From the NCBI GenBank assembly GCA_964457225.1, contig CAYWEM010000003.1, positions 114 to 64,113 of the forward strand: 64,000 bases of DNA, read 5' to 3'. The position numbers were made by a program, and so were the translations under genes. The notes below the pieces were generated by a model. The model was not told the origin of the DNA. It was given only the letters and a program-made list of their open reading frames with translations, and searched no databases. The stretch's first letter is position 1. The number at the start of each line of letters is the position of its first letter. The DNA is from an uncultured Clostridia bacterium (GTDB lineage: Bacteria > Acidobacteriota > Aminicenantia > UBA2199). Below are positions 28,880 through 39,545 of the stretch, piece after piece.

Positions 28880-28905
28880 TTCCTTTAATCATCCATGGAG
28901 GTCCA

Positions 28906-30060
28906 ATGATCAAAGGAAGATACCTGTTTACCTCGGAATCAGTAAGTGAAGGCCATCCCGACAAGGTTTGCGACCAGATTTCCGATGCCATTCTCGATGC
29001 CTGCCTGGCCCATGACCCTGACTCCAGGGTAGCCATAGAGTGCCTGACCAAAACCGGCATGGTGGTGGTAGCCGGCGAATTGACCACGAAAAGCTATGTC
29101 AACATTCCCAGCATCGTTCGCAACACCCTGAAGGAAATCGGCTATACCAAGTCGAGTTACGGCATTGAATACAATACCTGCGCGGTGCTGACCCATATCG
29201 AAGAGCAGTCTCCCGACATTTCCCAGGGAGTCACCGAAGACAAGGACCGCGAGCAGGGCGCCGGAGACCAGGGCATGATGTTCGGCTACGCTTCCAACGA
29301 AACCGACAACCTGATGCCCCTGCCCATTGATCTGGCCCACAAACTGACCATGAGACTGTCCGAAGTCCGCCGCAACCGGGTGATCCCCTATTTCGGGCCG
29401 GACGGCAAATCGCAGGTTACGGTTGAGTACCTGGACGGAAAACCTCAGCGCGTCACCGCGGTGGTCATTTCCAACCAGCACGACGATGACGTCGACCAGG
29501 AGACCATCAGGCAGGACGTGATCGAAAAAGTGATCAAGCCGGTCTGCAAGGAATGGCTCAGCCCTGAGACCAAATTCTACGTCAACCCCACCGGGAAATT
29601 CGTTTTCGGCGGACCCTACGCTGACGCCGGGCTTACCGGAAGAAAGATCATCGTGGACACCTACGGCGGCATGGGCCGCCACGGCGGCGGTGCCTTTTCC
29701 GGTAAGGACGCATCCAAGGTCGATCGTTCCGGAGCCTACATGGCCCGCTACATCGCCAAGAACCTGGTCGCCGCCGGAATGGCCGACAAATGCGAAGTCC
29801 AGCTGGCCTACGCCATCGGCGTGGCTGATCCGGTTTCAGTCAACGTGAATTTCTTCGGTACCGGAAAAATCAGTGAAGAAAAGGCAGTGGGTTACATCCG
29901 CCAGGTATTCCCGCTGAAACCGAGCCAGATCATCAAGCAGCTCAACCTGAAACAGCCTATTTTCCGTCGCACCGCGGCCTTCGGTCACTTCGGGCGGGAT
30001 TCCTTCCCCTGGGAACAGCTTGACAAGGTGGAAGAACTGGCCGCCCTGCAGCAGGGCTGA
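28906..30060 (+). CDS. metK: S-adenosylmethionine synthetase
   Basis: [32 protein letters not shown] is a near-identical MetK N-terminus. GGAGG RBS. Confidence 0.97.
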   Translation: MIKGRYLFTSESVSEGHPDKVCDQISDAILDACLAHDPDSRVAIECLTKTGMVVVAGELTTKSYVNIPSIVRNTLKEIGYTKSSYGIEYNTCAVLTHIEEQSPDISQGVTEDKDREQGAGDQGMMFGYASNETDNLMPLPIDLAHKLTMRLSEVRRNRVIPYFGPDGKSQVTVEYLDGKPQRVTAVVISNQHDDDVDQETIRQDVIEKVIKPVCKEWLSPETKFYVNPTGKFVFGGPYADAGLTGRKIIVDTYGGMGRHGGGAFSGKDASKVDRSGAYMARYIAKNLVAAGMADKCEVQLAYAIGVADPVSVNVNFFGTGKISEEKAVGYIRQVFPLKPSQIIKQLNLKQPIFRRTAAFGHFGRDSFPWEQLDKVEELAALQQG

Positions 30061-30097
30061 TCGGGAAGCGCCCGATGCCCGGCACAAGACGAGGTGA

Positions 30098-31516
<1,419 letters not shown>

Positions 31517-31519
31517 GCA

Positions 31520-32608
31520 ATGAACAAGGGTAGAGTTCTCATAGTCGACGACGAAAAAGACATCAGGGAATTGCTGGCCGATTTTCTGGAAAGCGAAGAC
31601 TATGAATGCTTTCAGGCGCCTGACGCATTTACCGCCCTGAAACTCTTTCAAACTGAGCCCGGTATCGACATTGTCATGTCGGATATCCGCATGCCCGGCA
31701 AAACCGGCCTGGAACTGCTGAAAGAGATCAAGGAAATTGACGGTGACGCAATGGTGATCATGATCTCGGCGGTGAAGGACATCGAATCGGCCATCACCGC
31801 CATGTCCAGGGGCGCCTACGATTATGTCGCCAAGCCTTTCAAACTCAACGAAGTGGCCATGATCGCCCAGAAAGCCCTGGAAAAGCGCCGACTGATAGTA
31901 GAAAACAGGGAATACCAGAAAAACCTTGAAAAAATGGTGGAAGAACGCACCGTGCAATTACAGCATACCTTGAAAGAGCTTCACGCCACTTACACATCCA
32001 CCCTGCAGGCCATGGTGACCGCCCTGGACACCAGGGACACCGAAACCCAGGGACACTCTTTACGCGTGGTCCACTACACCCTGATGCTTTCCAGGCTGAT
32101 GGGCATCACCGATACGGCGGTTTTAAAGGATTTCGAGTACGGAGCCCTGTTACACGATATCGGGAAAATAGGCATTCCCGACTCCATCCTGCGCAAACCG
32201 GGCAAACTGACTCCCGATGAATGGCAGATCATGAAAACCCATCCCCAGCTCGGTTTCAACATCCTGCCGCGCATCCCTTTCCTGCATAACGCTTCCCAGC
32301 TGGTCCTCCATCATCACGAAGCCTTCAACGGCCAGGGCTACCCGGACGGACTCAAAGGCGAGGAAATCACCTTGGGAGCCCGTATTTTCGCCGTTGCCGA
32401 CACCATCGACGCCATGACCTCCGACCGGCCTTACCGGGCAGCGCTTACCTTTGAAAAAGCGGCCGCCGAACTTGAGCTTTTCGCCGACCGCCAGTTCGAT
32501 CCCCGGGTCGTTGAAGCTTTTTTCTCTCTGGATCTCAAATCCTGGAAAGAAGAAAAACTGTTCGTTGACCGCCAGATCAAGGAACAGCCGGTTTACCTGT
32601 ACTCATAG
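31520..32608 (+). CDS. Response regulator with HD-GYP phosphodiesterase output (RpfG-like)
   Basis: Receiver VLIVDDEKDIRELL...VMSDIRMPGKTG. HD-GYP motifs HDIGK and HHHEAFNGQGYPDGL. Confidence 0.9.
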   Translation: MNKGRVLIVDDEKDIRELLADFLESEDYECFQAPDAFTALKLFQTEPGIDIVMSDIRMPGKTGLELLKEIKEIDGDAMVIMISAVKDIESAITAMSRGAYDYVAKPFKLNEVAMIAQKALEKRRLIVENREYQKNLEKMVEERTVQLQHTLKELHATYTSTLQAMVTALDTRDTETQGHSLRVVHYTLMLSRLMGITDTAVLKDFEYGALLHDIGKIGIPDSILRKPGKLTPDEWQIMKTHPQLGFNILPRIPFLHNASQLVLHHHEAFNGQGYPDGLKGEEITLGARIFAVADTIDAMTSDRPYRAALTFEKAAAELELFADRQFDPRVVEAFFSLDLKSWKEEKLFVDRQIKEQPVYLYS

Positions 32609-33070
32609 AATCAATCGGTAAAGACAGGCATCCTCATCGGGAAAACCATAGTACCCGGGCCTGGTTCCCTGGCAAAGAAAACTGTATTTTTCATAAAGGG
32701 AACGGGCGGCCAGATTGCCCTGCCTAACTTCCAGCAGTATTTCCTGCACTCCTTCCAGGCGCAGTTCAGCGATAGTTTTTTCCATCAGGGCCTGGGCCAC
32801 CCGCCTCCTCTTCCGGCTTTCCGCCACGGCTATCCTGAGCAGTTCCGCCGTCGGCCCGATTCTGCGGATCACTGAATACCCCCACAAAGCACCATCCAGA
32901 AGCGATTCCGCCAGGTAAATCCGGGCCGTCGGAAAAGAGATTTCAGCGGCAATAGCCTGTGGAGACCAGGGTCGTGAAAACTGCTCGTTTTCTATGGCGG
33001 CGATTGACCCGATATCGGCGGGAAGCGCCAGGCGCAGCCGCAGTTCAGTCGAGCTGGTTCTGCTCGGCAT
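32603..33070 (-). CDS. rimI: Ribosomal-protein-alanine N-acetyltransferase (GNAT)
   Basis: GNAT motif A region RRRVAQALMEK. Overlaps tsaB, which is the typical arrangement. Confidence 0.8.
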   Translation of the reverse strand: MPSRTSSTELRLRLALPADIGSIAAIENEQFSRPWSPQAIAAEISFPTARIYLAESLLDGALWGYSVIRRIGPTAELLRIAVAESRKRRRVAQALMEKTIAELRLEGVQEILLEVRQGNLAARSLYEKYSFLCQGTRPGYYGFPDEDACLYRLIL

Positions 33071-33728
33071 CGGGACGACGAATGTAAAAAGGGAGCAGAT
33101 CCTGCAGATCGGTCAAGTATTGTTTTTCACGATACCGTATCCAGGCCAGCCGGCCTATTTCCGAAGCCAGAAAGCTCGATCTGAAACGCATTTTGGCTTC
33201 AGGAAATGCTTCTTTCAAATAATCCCGGTAATGGTCAAGCCCGCTGCCGACAAAAAGCACCTCAGCCGGGGAGGTCACGATTCTCGGCAATTCCACCACC
33301 GGCAGCAGTTCAGGAGCTGCGGTTTCCCGCACCGAGGCGGAAAGAACCCGATAGCAGGCACAGTACACTTCACCGCGGCGGGCATCGATCAGGGGGATTA
33401 TGGTTCTCTTGCTGGGAGCGGCTTTAAAAGCCAGGGTTTCCAGAGTATTCAGCGCGACCACCGGGCGCGGTTGGGCAAACAGGATGCCCTTGATAGTGGC
33501 AAGGCCAACCCTGATGCCGGTGAAGTTGCCCGGCCCCACGGCCACGGCAAAAAGCTCCACCTGGTCCAGGGTTATACCGGCACTGCCCAGTACGAATTCC
33601 AGGTTGGGCATCAGGATGGCCGAAAGATTGTCCGTACTCACAAAATTGTACTCCAGCAATACCTGATCGTCTTCGATCAGGGCCAGGGACGGATAGGAAG
33701 AAGTAGTATCAACAGCCAGGATTTTCAC
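33045..33728 (-). CDS. tsaB: tRNA threonylcarbamoyladenosine biosynthesis protein TsaB (YeaZ)
   Basis: MKILAVDTTSSYPSLALIED...VAVGPGNFTGIRVGLA. Confidence 0.9.
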   Translation of the reverse strand: MKILAVDTTSSYPSLALIEDDQVLLEYNFVSTDNLSAILMPNLEFVLGSAGITLDQVELFAVAVGPGNFTGIRVGLATIKGILFAQPRPVVALNTLETLAFKAAPSKRTIIPLIDARRGEVYCACYRVLSASVRETAAPELLPVVELPRIVTSPAEVLFVGSGLDHYRDYLKEAFPEAKMRFRSSFLASEIGRLAWIRYREKQYLTDLQDLLPFYIRRPDAEQNQLD

Positions 33729-34146
33729 TGAGTCTTTTCTCCATGATGATCTTGTTGCCCCGTTCTCCCTGTTTCAAGCTGATCTCGTCCATGTAGTTGC
33801 GGATTATCAGCAAGCCGCGTCCGCCTGAAGACAGCACTTCGCGTCCGGCCAATTCGGCTTCGACCTCCTGCCAGTCCGGAGCCTGGGGGCTTTCATCCTC
33901 GACCACCAGGCGGATAAGCCGCTCCGACCAGCTCAGTTTCAGGTAAACGTTTCGATCGGCGACCAGGCGGTTTCCATGCAGAATGGCATTGTTGACCGCT
34001 TCCCGCAGGCTGATTTCCAACTTGAAGAAATCCTCGTCGTCAATGGCCAGCAGGGTTTTAAGGTGGTTGAGCACCAGGACGCCAAGTTCGGTGAAGCGCA
34101 GGTCACTTCTGAAAGAGACGAATACGCATCGGTCGTCTGTTTCCAT
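33709..34146 (-). CDS. GHKL-ATPase anti-sigma regulatory factor (RsbW/SpoIIAB-like serine kinase)
   Basis: N-box EAVNNAILHGN and G-box GGRGLLIIRN. Internal Met start chosen. Confidence 0.75.
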   Translation of the reverse strand: METDDRCVFVSFRSDLRFTELGVLVLNHLKTLLAIDDEDFFKLEISLREAVNNAILHGNRLVADRNVYLKLSWSERLIRLVVEDESPQAPDWQEVEAELAGREVLSSGGRGLLIIRNYMDEISLKQGERGNKIIMEKRLSENPGC

Positions 34147-34264
34147 GACAGTAAGTATAGCAAAAAAAATCAATTCACTCCAGTCCAGCCCGATCTGACC
34201 GGATAATCGAACAGACCCGGCTGAAATTTACTTGCCCGGCTTTCAATGGTATAATGACCAGGAC

Positions 34265-34903
34265 ATGGAACACCGCAAATACATAGTGGTGGAAGGTCTC
34301 GTCAAATCCGGAAAGACCAGTCTGGCGAAGACTCTGGCCGCCAGACTGGAAGCCCGGCTGATTCTGGACCAGGTCGAGAATCCCTTTCTTGACGACTTCC
34401 ATTCGTCCCTGGCCGAGAACCTGCCAGGCCCGGCTTTAAAGACCCAACTCCTTTATCTGATGAACCGTTACTATCAGCAGCACGAAATCAAGCAAAAAGA
34501 CCTGTTCCAGAAAATCACCGTTTCCGACTATCTCTTTTTCCGGGACGGTATTTACGCTCATTCTCTGCTCAATGACGACGACCTGCAGATATACAAGAAA
34601 ATTTTCGCCATTCTGAGTGAAAAAATCACCCCCCCGGACATGGTGATTTACCTGCAGACCTCTTTTCAGGAGATGCTCAACCGCATTCAAAAGACTTCGG
34701 GTAATAACGAAAAACGCGTCCCAACAGATTACTGGCGCGATATTTTTGAAGCATACAACTATTATTTTTTCAATTACAAGCAATCCCCCCTGATGGTGGT
34801 CAACGTTGAAAAAAACGATTTTTCCAAGCCGGCCGACCTTGACAACCTGATCAGGGAATTGAATTCAATAAAAAGTGGAATAAGCTACTATGCCCCACTC
34901 TGA
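34265..34903 (+). CDS. Deoxynucleoside kinase
   Basis: P-loop VVEGLVKSGKTSLAK plus ERS-like/LID regions typical of dAK/dGK/dCK kinases. Confidence 0.8.
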   Translation: MEHRKYIVVEGLVKSGKTSLAKTLAARLEARLILDQVENPFLDDFHSSLAENLPGPALKTQLLYLMNRYYQQHEIKQKDLFQKITVSDYLFFRDGIYAHSLLNDDDLQIYKKIFAILSEKITPPDMVIYLQTSFQEMLNRIQKTSGNNEKRVPTDYWRDIFEAYNYYFFNYKQSPLMVVNVEKNDFSKPADLDNLIRELNSIKSGISYYAPL

Positions 34904-35750
34904 AAAAGAAAAAAGAACCACAGTGTCCCTGCTGGAAATGAAAAGCAGGGCAGAAAAGATCTGCGCGGTCACTGCCTATGATCATCCCACCTCCGAACTG
35001 GCTTCCACGGCCGGCATGGACATCATCCTGGTCGGCGATTCCCTGGGCATGGTACTGCAGGGCTACAAGAACACCCTCAAAGTATCGGTGGCCGAGGTTC
35101 TATATCACACCACCATGGTAACCCGGGCTGAACCGCTCTCCCTGGTCGTGGCCGACATGCCCTTTCAATCCTACCAGGTCAGCCCGGAAAAAGCAGTGGA
35201 AAACGCGGGTCTTTTCATCAAGGAAGGCGGCGCCGAGGCGGTCAAGATAGAGGGGGGGCGCCGCAGGTTCAAGACCATAAAAGCGATAATCGAAGCGGAA
35301 ATTCCGGTTATGGCCCATCTGGGTCTTACTCCGCAATCAGTACACCAGCTGGGAGGCTTCAAGGTGCAGGGTAAAGCGGGTGAACAGGCCCGGGAAATAT
35401 TCGACCAGGCGCTTGAACTGGAACAACTGGGAGTTTTCGCCCTGGTTCTGGAATCAATTCCAGCGGAACTAGGCAAAAAGATTTCCCGGGCCCTGAAAAT
35501 TCCGACCATCGGCATCGGCGCCGGTCCGGACTGCGACGGGCAAATCCTGGTATTTCACGATCTGGTCGGTCTTACCCACCTTTACCTGCCGAAATTCGTA
35601 CGCCGTTTCAGCCAGGGTCACCAGATCTTTCTGGAGGCCCTGAAGAACTACGGCGACGAAGTCCGCCGGGGAAGTTTTCCCGGACCGCAGGAAAGCTACC
35701 ATCACAAGGACGAACAGGAGTGGGCCTCTTTTTTCAATGAAAACAGCTGA
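34890..35750 (+). CDS. panB: 3-methyl-2-oxobutanoate hydroxymethyltransferase
   Basis: ITAYDHPTSELASTAGMDIILVGDSLGMV is the PanB signature. Confidence 0.95.
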   Translation: MPHSEKEKRTTVSLLEMKSRAEKICAVTAYDHPTSELASTAGMDIILVGDSLGMVLQGYKNTLKVSVAEVLYHTTMVTRAEPLSLVVADMPFQSYQVSPEKAVENAGLFIKEGGAEAVKIEGGRRRFKTIKAIIEAEIPVMAHLGLTPQSVHQLGGFKVQGKAGEQAREIFDQALELEQLGVFALVLESIPAELGKKISRALKIPTIGIGAGPDCDGQILVFHDLVGLTHLYLPKFVRRFSQGHQIFLEALKNYGDEVRRGSFPGPQESYHHKDEQEWASFFNENS

Positions 35751-36588
35751 ATCCATTTCCGATCTGCGGCTGCTGCTGAATTCCGCACCCAGGCCGATCG
35801 GCTTCGTGCCCACCATGGGTTTCCTGCACCAGGGACACCTGAGCCTGGTCGAAGCAAGTATCCGGGAAAACAAGACCACGGTTGTCTCCATCTACGTCAA
35901 CCCCCTGCAATTCGCCCCGGGAGAAGATTTCAAGCAATACCCGCGTGATCCGGAAGCCGACCGCCGAATGCTCTCCGAAATCGGAACCGACGTTCTTTTC
36001 ATGCCGTCCGACCTGGAACTCTTTCCGGCCGGTTTCGGCACCCAGGTTGAAGTTCCGGCTATGAGCGAAGCCCTGTGCGGCCGGCATCGTCCGGGTCATT
36101 TCCGGGGAGTGGCCACCATAGTTCTCAAGCTGTTCAACCTGGTAAAACCCGACTCCGCCTATTTCGGCCGCAAGGACGCTCAACAGGCGCTGATCATAAA
36201 AAGGATGAGCCGTGATCTCAACCTGGACCTGAAAATCAGGACTTTGCCCACTGTCCGCGATCGTGACGGCCTGGCCCTTTCTTCCCGCAACTCCTATCTC
36301 AGCCCCGAAGAAAGGAAGAAAGCTCCGGCTCTGTCAGCCGCCCTGAGAGAAGCCGAACGCCTGGTCAGCCTGGGGGAAAAGAATACAGCCCTGATCAAGC
36401 AGGCCATGCTGGCCGTACTGGATGGAACCGCCGGAATAGAGACGGAATACTGCGAAACTGTGAGCCTCGATACCATGCGTCCGCTGGAAACCGTGGAGCC
36501 GGGCAACACCCTGATCGCCGTCGCAGTCAGGATAGGCGGGACCAGGCTTATCGACAATACAGTTATAGGAGATTTGGACCAATGTTAA
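35737..36588 (+). CDS. panC: Pantoate--beta-alanine ligase
   Basis: GFVPTMGFLHQGHLSLV and FGRKDAQQ motifs. Confidence 0.95.
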   Translation: MKTAESISDLRLLLNSAPRPIGFVPTMGFLHQGHLSLVEASIRENKTTVVSIYVNPLQFAPGEDFKQYPRDPEADRRMLSEIGTDVLFMPSDLELFPAGFGTQVEVPAMSEALCGRHRPGHFRGVATIVLKLFNLVKPDSAYFGRKDAQQALIIKRMSRDLNLDLKIRTLPTVRDRDGLALSSRNSYLSPEERKKAPALSAALREAERLVSLGEKNTALIKQAMLAVLDGTAGIETEYCETVSLDTMRPLETVEPGNTLIAVAVRIGGTRLIDNTVIGDLDQC

Positions 36589-36950
36589 TTCCATTTTTAA
36601 TCTGTAAAATTCACCGGGCCACCATAACTTCGACCGATCTGAATTACCAGGGCAGCATTTCCATTGACCAGGAAATAATCAAGAAGGCCGGACTCCGCCC
36701 CCTGCAGAAAGTTGAAATCTACGACATCGACAACGGCAACCGCTTCCAGACTTATGTACTGGCATCACCGCCGGGTTCGGGCGAATTCATGATCAACGGA
36801 GCGGCCGCCCGGCTGGTGCATCGCGGTGATAAAATCATAATCGCGGCTTACGGCCTGATTCCGGAAAAAGAACTCGATTCCCACCGGGCGACAATTCTGC
36901 TGATGAAGGAGAACAATGAAATCGAAAGAATCGTTTACGAATCTATCTGA
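36582..36950 (+). CDS. panD: Aspartate 1-decarboxylase
   Basis: CKIHRATITSTDLNYQGSISID (self-processing Gly-Ser site) and YDIDNG. Confidence 0.95.
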   Translation: MLIPFLICKIHRATITSTDLNYQGSISIDQEIIKKAGLRPLQKVEIYDIDNGNRFQTYVLASPPGSGEFMINGAAARLVHRGDKIIIAAYGLIPEKELDSHRATILLMKENNEIERIVYESI

Positions 36951-37965
36951 ACGTATAGCCGGCGGCCGGGATATCCGGGTGCTCGGCATCGGCAATGCCC
37001 TGGTCGACGTTCTGGTCAAGGTTTCAGGCGAGGAACTGGCCGAAAAGATATCCCTGCCCAAGGGCAGCATGACCCTGGTGGAGAAAACTGAAATAGACCG
37101 GCTCCTGGCCCTGGTTTCAGGTCGGCCGACCGGCCTGGCCGCCGGAGGCTCAGCCGCCAACACGATTCACGGCCTGGCCTGCCTGGGCCTGCCGGGCGGC
37201 TTTATCGGTAAAATCGGCCGCGATGAATTCGGATCCTCGTTCGCCGCGGCCATGAGTGAAAACGGAGTCACGCTGCACCTCTCGAAAAGCGATGAAATGA
37301 CCGGTATCTGCCTGGGGCTGATCACCGAAGATTGTGAACGAACTTTCGCCACTTTTTTGGGGGCCGCGGTCGGAATAAGCGCCGATGATCTGCGGGTCGA
37401 TCAATTCCACCCCTATTCGCTTCTGCACGTGGAAGGTTACCTGACCTGCAACCACAGCCTCCTGGAACGGGCCTTGAGCCTGGCCGCCGAAGCCGGACTT
37501 GCCGTTTCGCTTGACCTGGCCTCCTTCAACGTGGTTCGCGAACACCATTCCTTCCTGGAGGGAATTCTGAACCATCACGTCGATATAGTCTTTGCCAACG
37601 AAGACGAAGCAGAAGCCATGACCGGCTGCCGGGATCCGGAAAAAGCACTGGACCTGCTGGCGGAATCCTGTTCAATCGCCGTGGTCAAGACGGGCAAAAA
37701 CGGATCGCTGGTCAGACGGGGACACGAAAAACACAGAATTGAGGCCATAACGGCCAGGGCAGTTGACAGCACCGGAGCCGGCGACCTGTACGCCGCCGGT
37801 TTTCTTTTCGGCCTGGCCCGCAACCTGGATCTGCCTGCCTGCGGCCGGATCGGCTCGCTGGTGGCCGGGCGGGTGGTGGAAACCATCGGCGCCAAGCTGG
37901 ACTCATCCTGCTGGAACCGAATTCACGGAGAACTGGCGTCCCTGGTCCCGAAAGACCGCCTGTAA
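36916..37965 (+). CDS. PfkB-family carbohydrate/nucleoside kinase (adenosine-kinase-like)
   Basis: VLGIGNALVDVL...GGSAANT and the C-terminal DSTGAGDLYAAGFLFG anion-hole motif. Confidence 0.85.
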   Translation: MKSKESFTNLSERIAGGRDIRVLGIGNALVDVLVKVSGEELAEKISLPKGSMTLVEKTEIDRLLALVSGRPTGLAAGGSAANTIHGLACLGLPGGFIGKIGRDEFGSSFAAAMSENGVTLHLSKSDEMTGICLGLITEDCERTFATFLGAAVGISADDLRVDQFHPYSLLHVEGYLTCNHSLLERALSLAAEAGLAVSLDLASFNVVREHHSFLEGILNHHVDIVFANEDEAEAMTGCRDPEKALDLLAESCSIAVVKTGKNGSLVRRGHEKHRIEAITARAVDSTGAGDLYAAGFLFGLARNLDLPACGRIGSLVAGRVVETIGAKLDSSCWNRIHGELASLVPKDRL

Positions 37966-37970
37966 GCCCG

Positions 37971-38000
37971 TTGACAAATTTGCCCGCAATGTGTTACCAT
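37971..38000 (+). promoter_or_regulatory. Putative promoter of tRNA-Ala: TTGACA, 18 nt, TACCAT
   Basis: TTGACA at 37971-37976 and TACCAT at 37995-38000, 10 nt upstream of the mature tRNA 5' end. Confidence 0.4.
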
Positions 38001-38010
38001 GGCGGCATAC

Positions 38011-38081
38011 GGGGCCATGGTTCAACGGCAGAACACAGCTTTCGCACGGCTGAAATGGCGGTTCAATTCCGCCTGGCTCCA
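38011..38081 (+). tRNA. tRNA-Ala (anticodon CGC)
   Basis: GGGGCCATGGTTCAACGGCAGAACACAGCTTTCGCACGGCTGAAATGGCGGTTCAATTCCGCCTGGCTCCA. G3:U70 alanine identity pair. Anticodon loop TTCGCAC. T-loop GGTTCAATTCC. Followed by a T-run. Confidence 0.85.
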
Positions 38082-38173
38082 TTTTTTCAACCAAATCTGA
38101 GCATACAGCAAATTAAATCCTTTCGGTACAATGACGCGGTTTATGCCTCCAGCGGGAAATAAGACAGGTCAAA

Positions 38174-39502
38174 ATGCTTTTCTGGCTCATTTTTTATTTT
38201 CTGTTCCTCCTGTTGATCGGCATCGCCGGCGGCAGACGGCTGGAAAACGTTGAAAGCTTTTTTTTCGCCGGCCGTAACACCGGCGTTTTCCTGCTGTTTG
38301 TAACCATCACCGCCTCCTGGCTGGGAGCTGCAGCCACCCTGGCCACCATGGAGGCGTCTTTCAAAAACGGTTTTCGGGCCGCCTGGTTGATCGGCATCCC
38401 GACCATAGCCACCCTGCTGCTGTTCGTCCTGCTGACCGGAAAGATAAGGTCATCCGCTTTCATTTCCCTGCCCGCATTTCTCGATCGCTATTACGGCAAG
38501 ACCTTTAAATCACTGGCCGCCATCCTGGTTTATTTCTACATGGTCGTACTGGCCGCATCTCAATTCGTGGCCTGGGGACAGTTCGTTTCCGGTTTTTTCT
38601 CCTTGAATTACCTGCCGACGGTTTTCCTGGGCGCCCTGATTGTGCTGGCCTATTCAGCCGGCGGCGGTTTCCGCTCGGTAATGATTACCGACCTGGTCCA
38701 GGTTGCCCTGCTGACCGCCGCCCTGCTCACCCTGTTTTTTTTCCTGGCCTCGGCCCCGTTGAGCTTAAACCAGCAGGATCTCGCCATGAACATAGATTTA
38801 ACCGGCAACCTGTTGATATGTTTTTCATTCGTTCTGGCCTGGACGGTTTCACCGATCATCTGGCAGAGAATCTGCGCGGCGCGTTCGGCGGCCGTGGCCA
38901 GAAAGAGTCTCTGGCTGTCAGCCGCGGCCTTCATCCTGATCTACCTGCTGATCATGCAAACCGGCCTGAAGTTCAGGTTTTTCCTGCAGGATTTCAGCGC
39001 TTTCAGCGCTTTCCTGCAGGAACACCTGCCTTACTGGGCCCTGGTGCTGGTCTTTCTGGGTTTTGCCGCGGCCATCATGTCAACGGCGGACACCGCCCTG
39101 AACCTGGCCGCCCTGACCTTCGCGACCGAAAAGGAAGACCGCCGCGGAATCGGCAAGGCCCGCCGGGCCACGGTTTTTTCCGGACTCCTGGCCATGCTGA
39201 TCGCCTTTCGTTTCGATTCGATCATAGCCACCCTGGGGCTGGCCTCGGAAATCATGGCCGAAGGACTTTTCGTTCCGGTACTGGCCGCCCTGCTCTGGAA
39301 AAAACGGGCTCCGCTGGCAGGTTTATTCAGCCTTTTCGCCGGGGGCGGTTTCGCCCTGCTTTCCTTCACCAGGGCGCTCGGCCTGCCCCTGCCCATTCCG
39401 GACTGGCCTTATTCCCTGCCCATCGGCCTGGGACTGTCTTTGGCCGCTTTTTTGATTGGAATGCTGATTCAAGACGGAAAGACCAGAATTATATCGAATT
39501 AG
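38174..39502 (+). CDS. Sodium:solute symporter family transporter (candidate pantothenate/proline-type)
   Basis: About 12 predicted TM helices. The N-terminal FFFAGRNTGVF motif is characteristic of SSS (PutP/PanF). Lies directly downstream of panBCD. Confidence 0.8.
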   Translation: MLFWLIFYFLFLLLIGIAGGRRLENVESFFFAGRNTGVFLLFVTITASWLGAAATLATMEASFKNGFRAAWLIGIPTIATLLLFVLLTGKIRSSAFISLPAFLDRYYGKTFKSLAAILVYFYMVVLAASQFVAWGQFVSGFFSLNYLPTVFLGALIVLAYSAGGGFRSVMITDLVQVALLTAALLTLFFFLASAPLSLNQQDLAMNIDLTGNLLICFSFVLAWTVSPIIWQRICAARSAAVARKSLWLSAAAFILIYLLIMQTGLKFRFFLQDFSAFSAFLQEHLPYWALVLVFLGFAAAIMSTADTALNLAALTFATEKEDRRGIGKARRATVFSGLLAMLIAFRFDSIIATLGLASEIMAEGLFVPVLAALLWKKRAPLAGLFSLFAGGGFALLSFTRALGLPLPIPDWPYSLPIGLGLSLAAFLIGMLIQDGKTRIISN

Positions 39503-39545
39503 CCAGGGACTTGCTCCAGTGTAGTCCGAATTTACCCACCAACTT

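Noticed and set aside
28813-28905. Possible SAM riboswitch upstream of metK
   Set aside because: Only about 90 nt of intergenic DNA, mostly a canonical promoter. The leader of about 25 nt cannot hold an S-box aptamer.
34232-34264. TTG-initiated extension of the deoxynucleoside kinase ORF
   Set aside because: The upstream extension contains a TATAAT -10 element. ATG at 34265 gives the conserved P-loop N-terminus.
37903-38162. Small ORFs 37903..38094(-) and 37971..38162(+)
   Set aside because: They overlap a well-formed tRNA-Ala(CGC) and its promoter.
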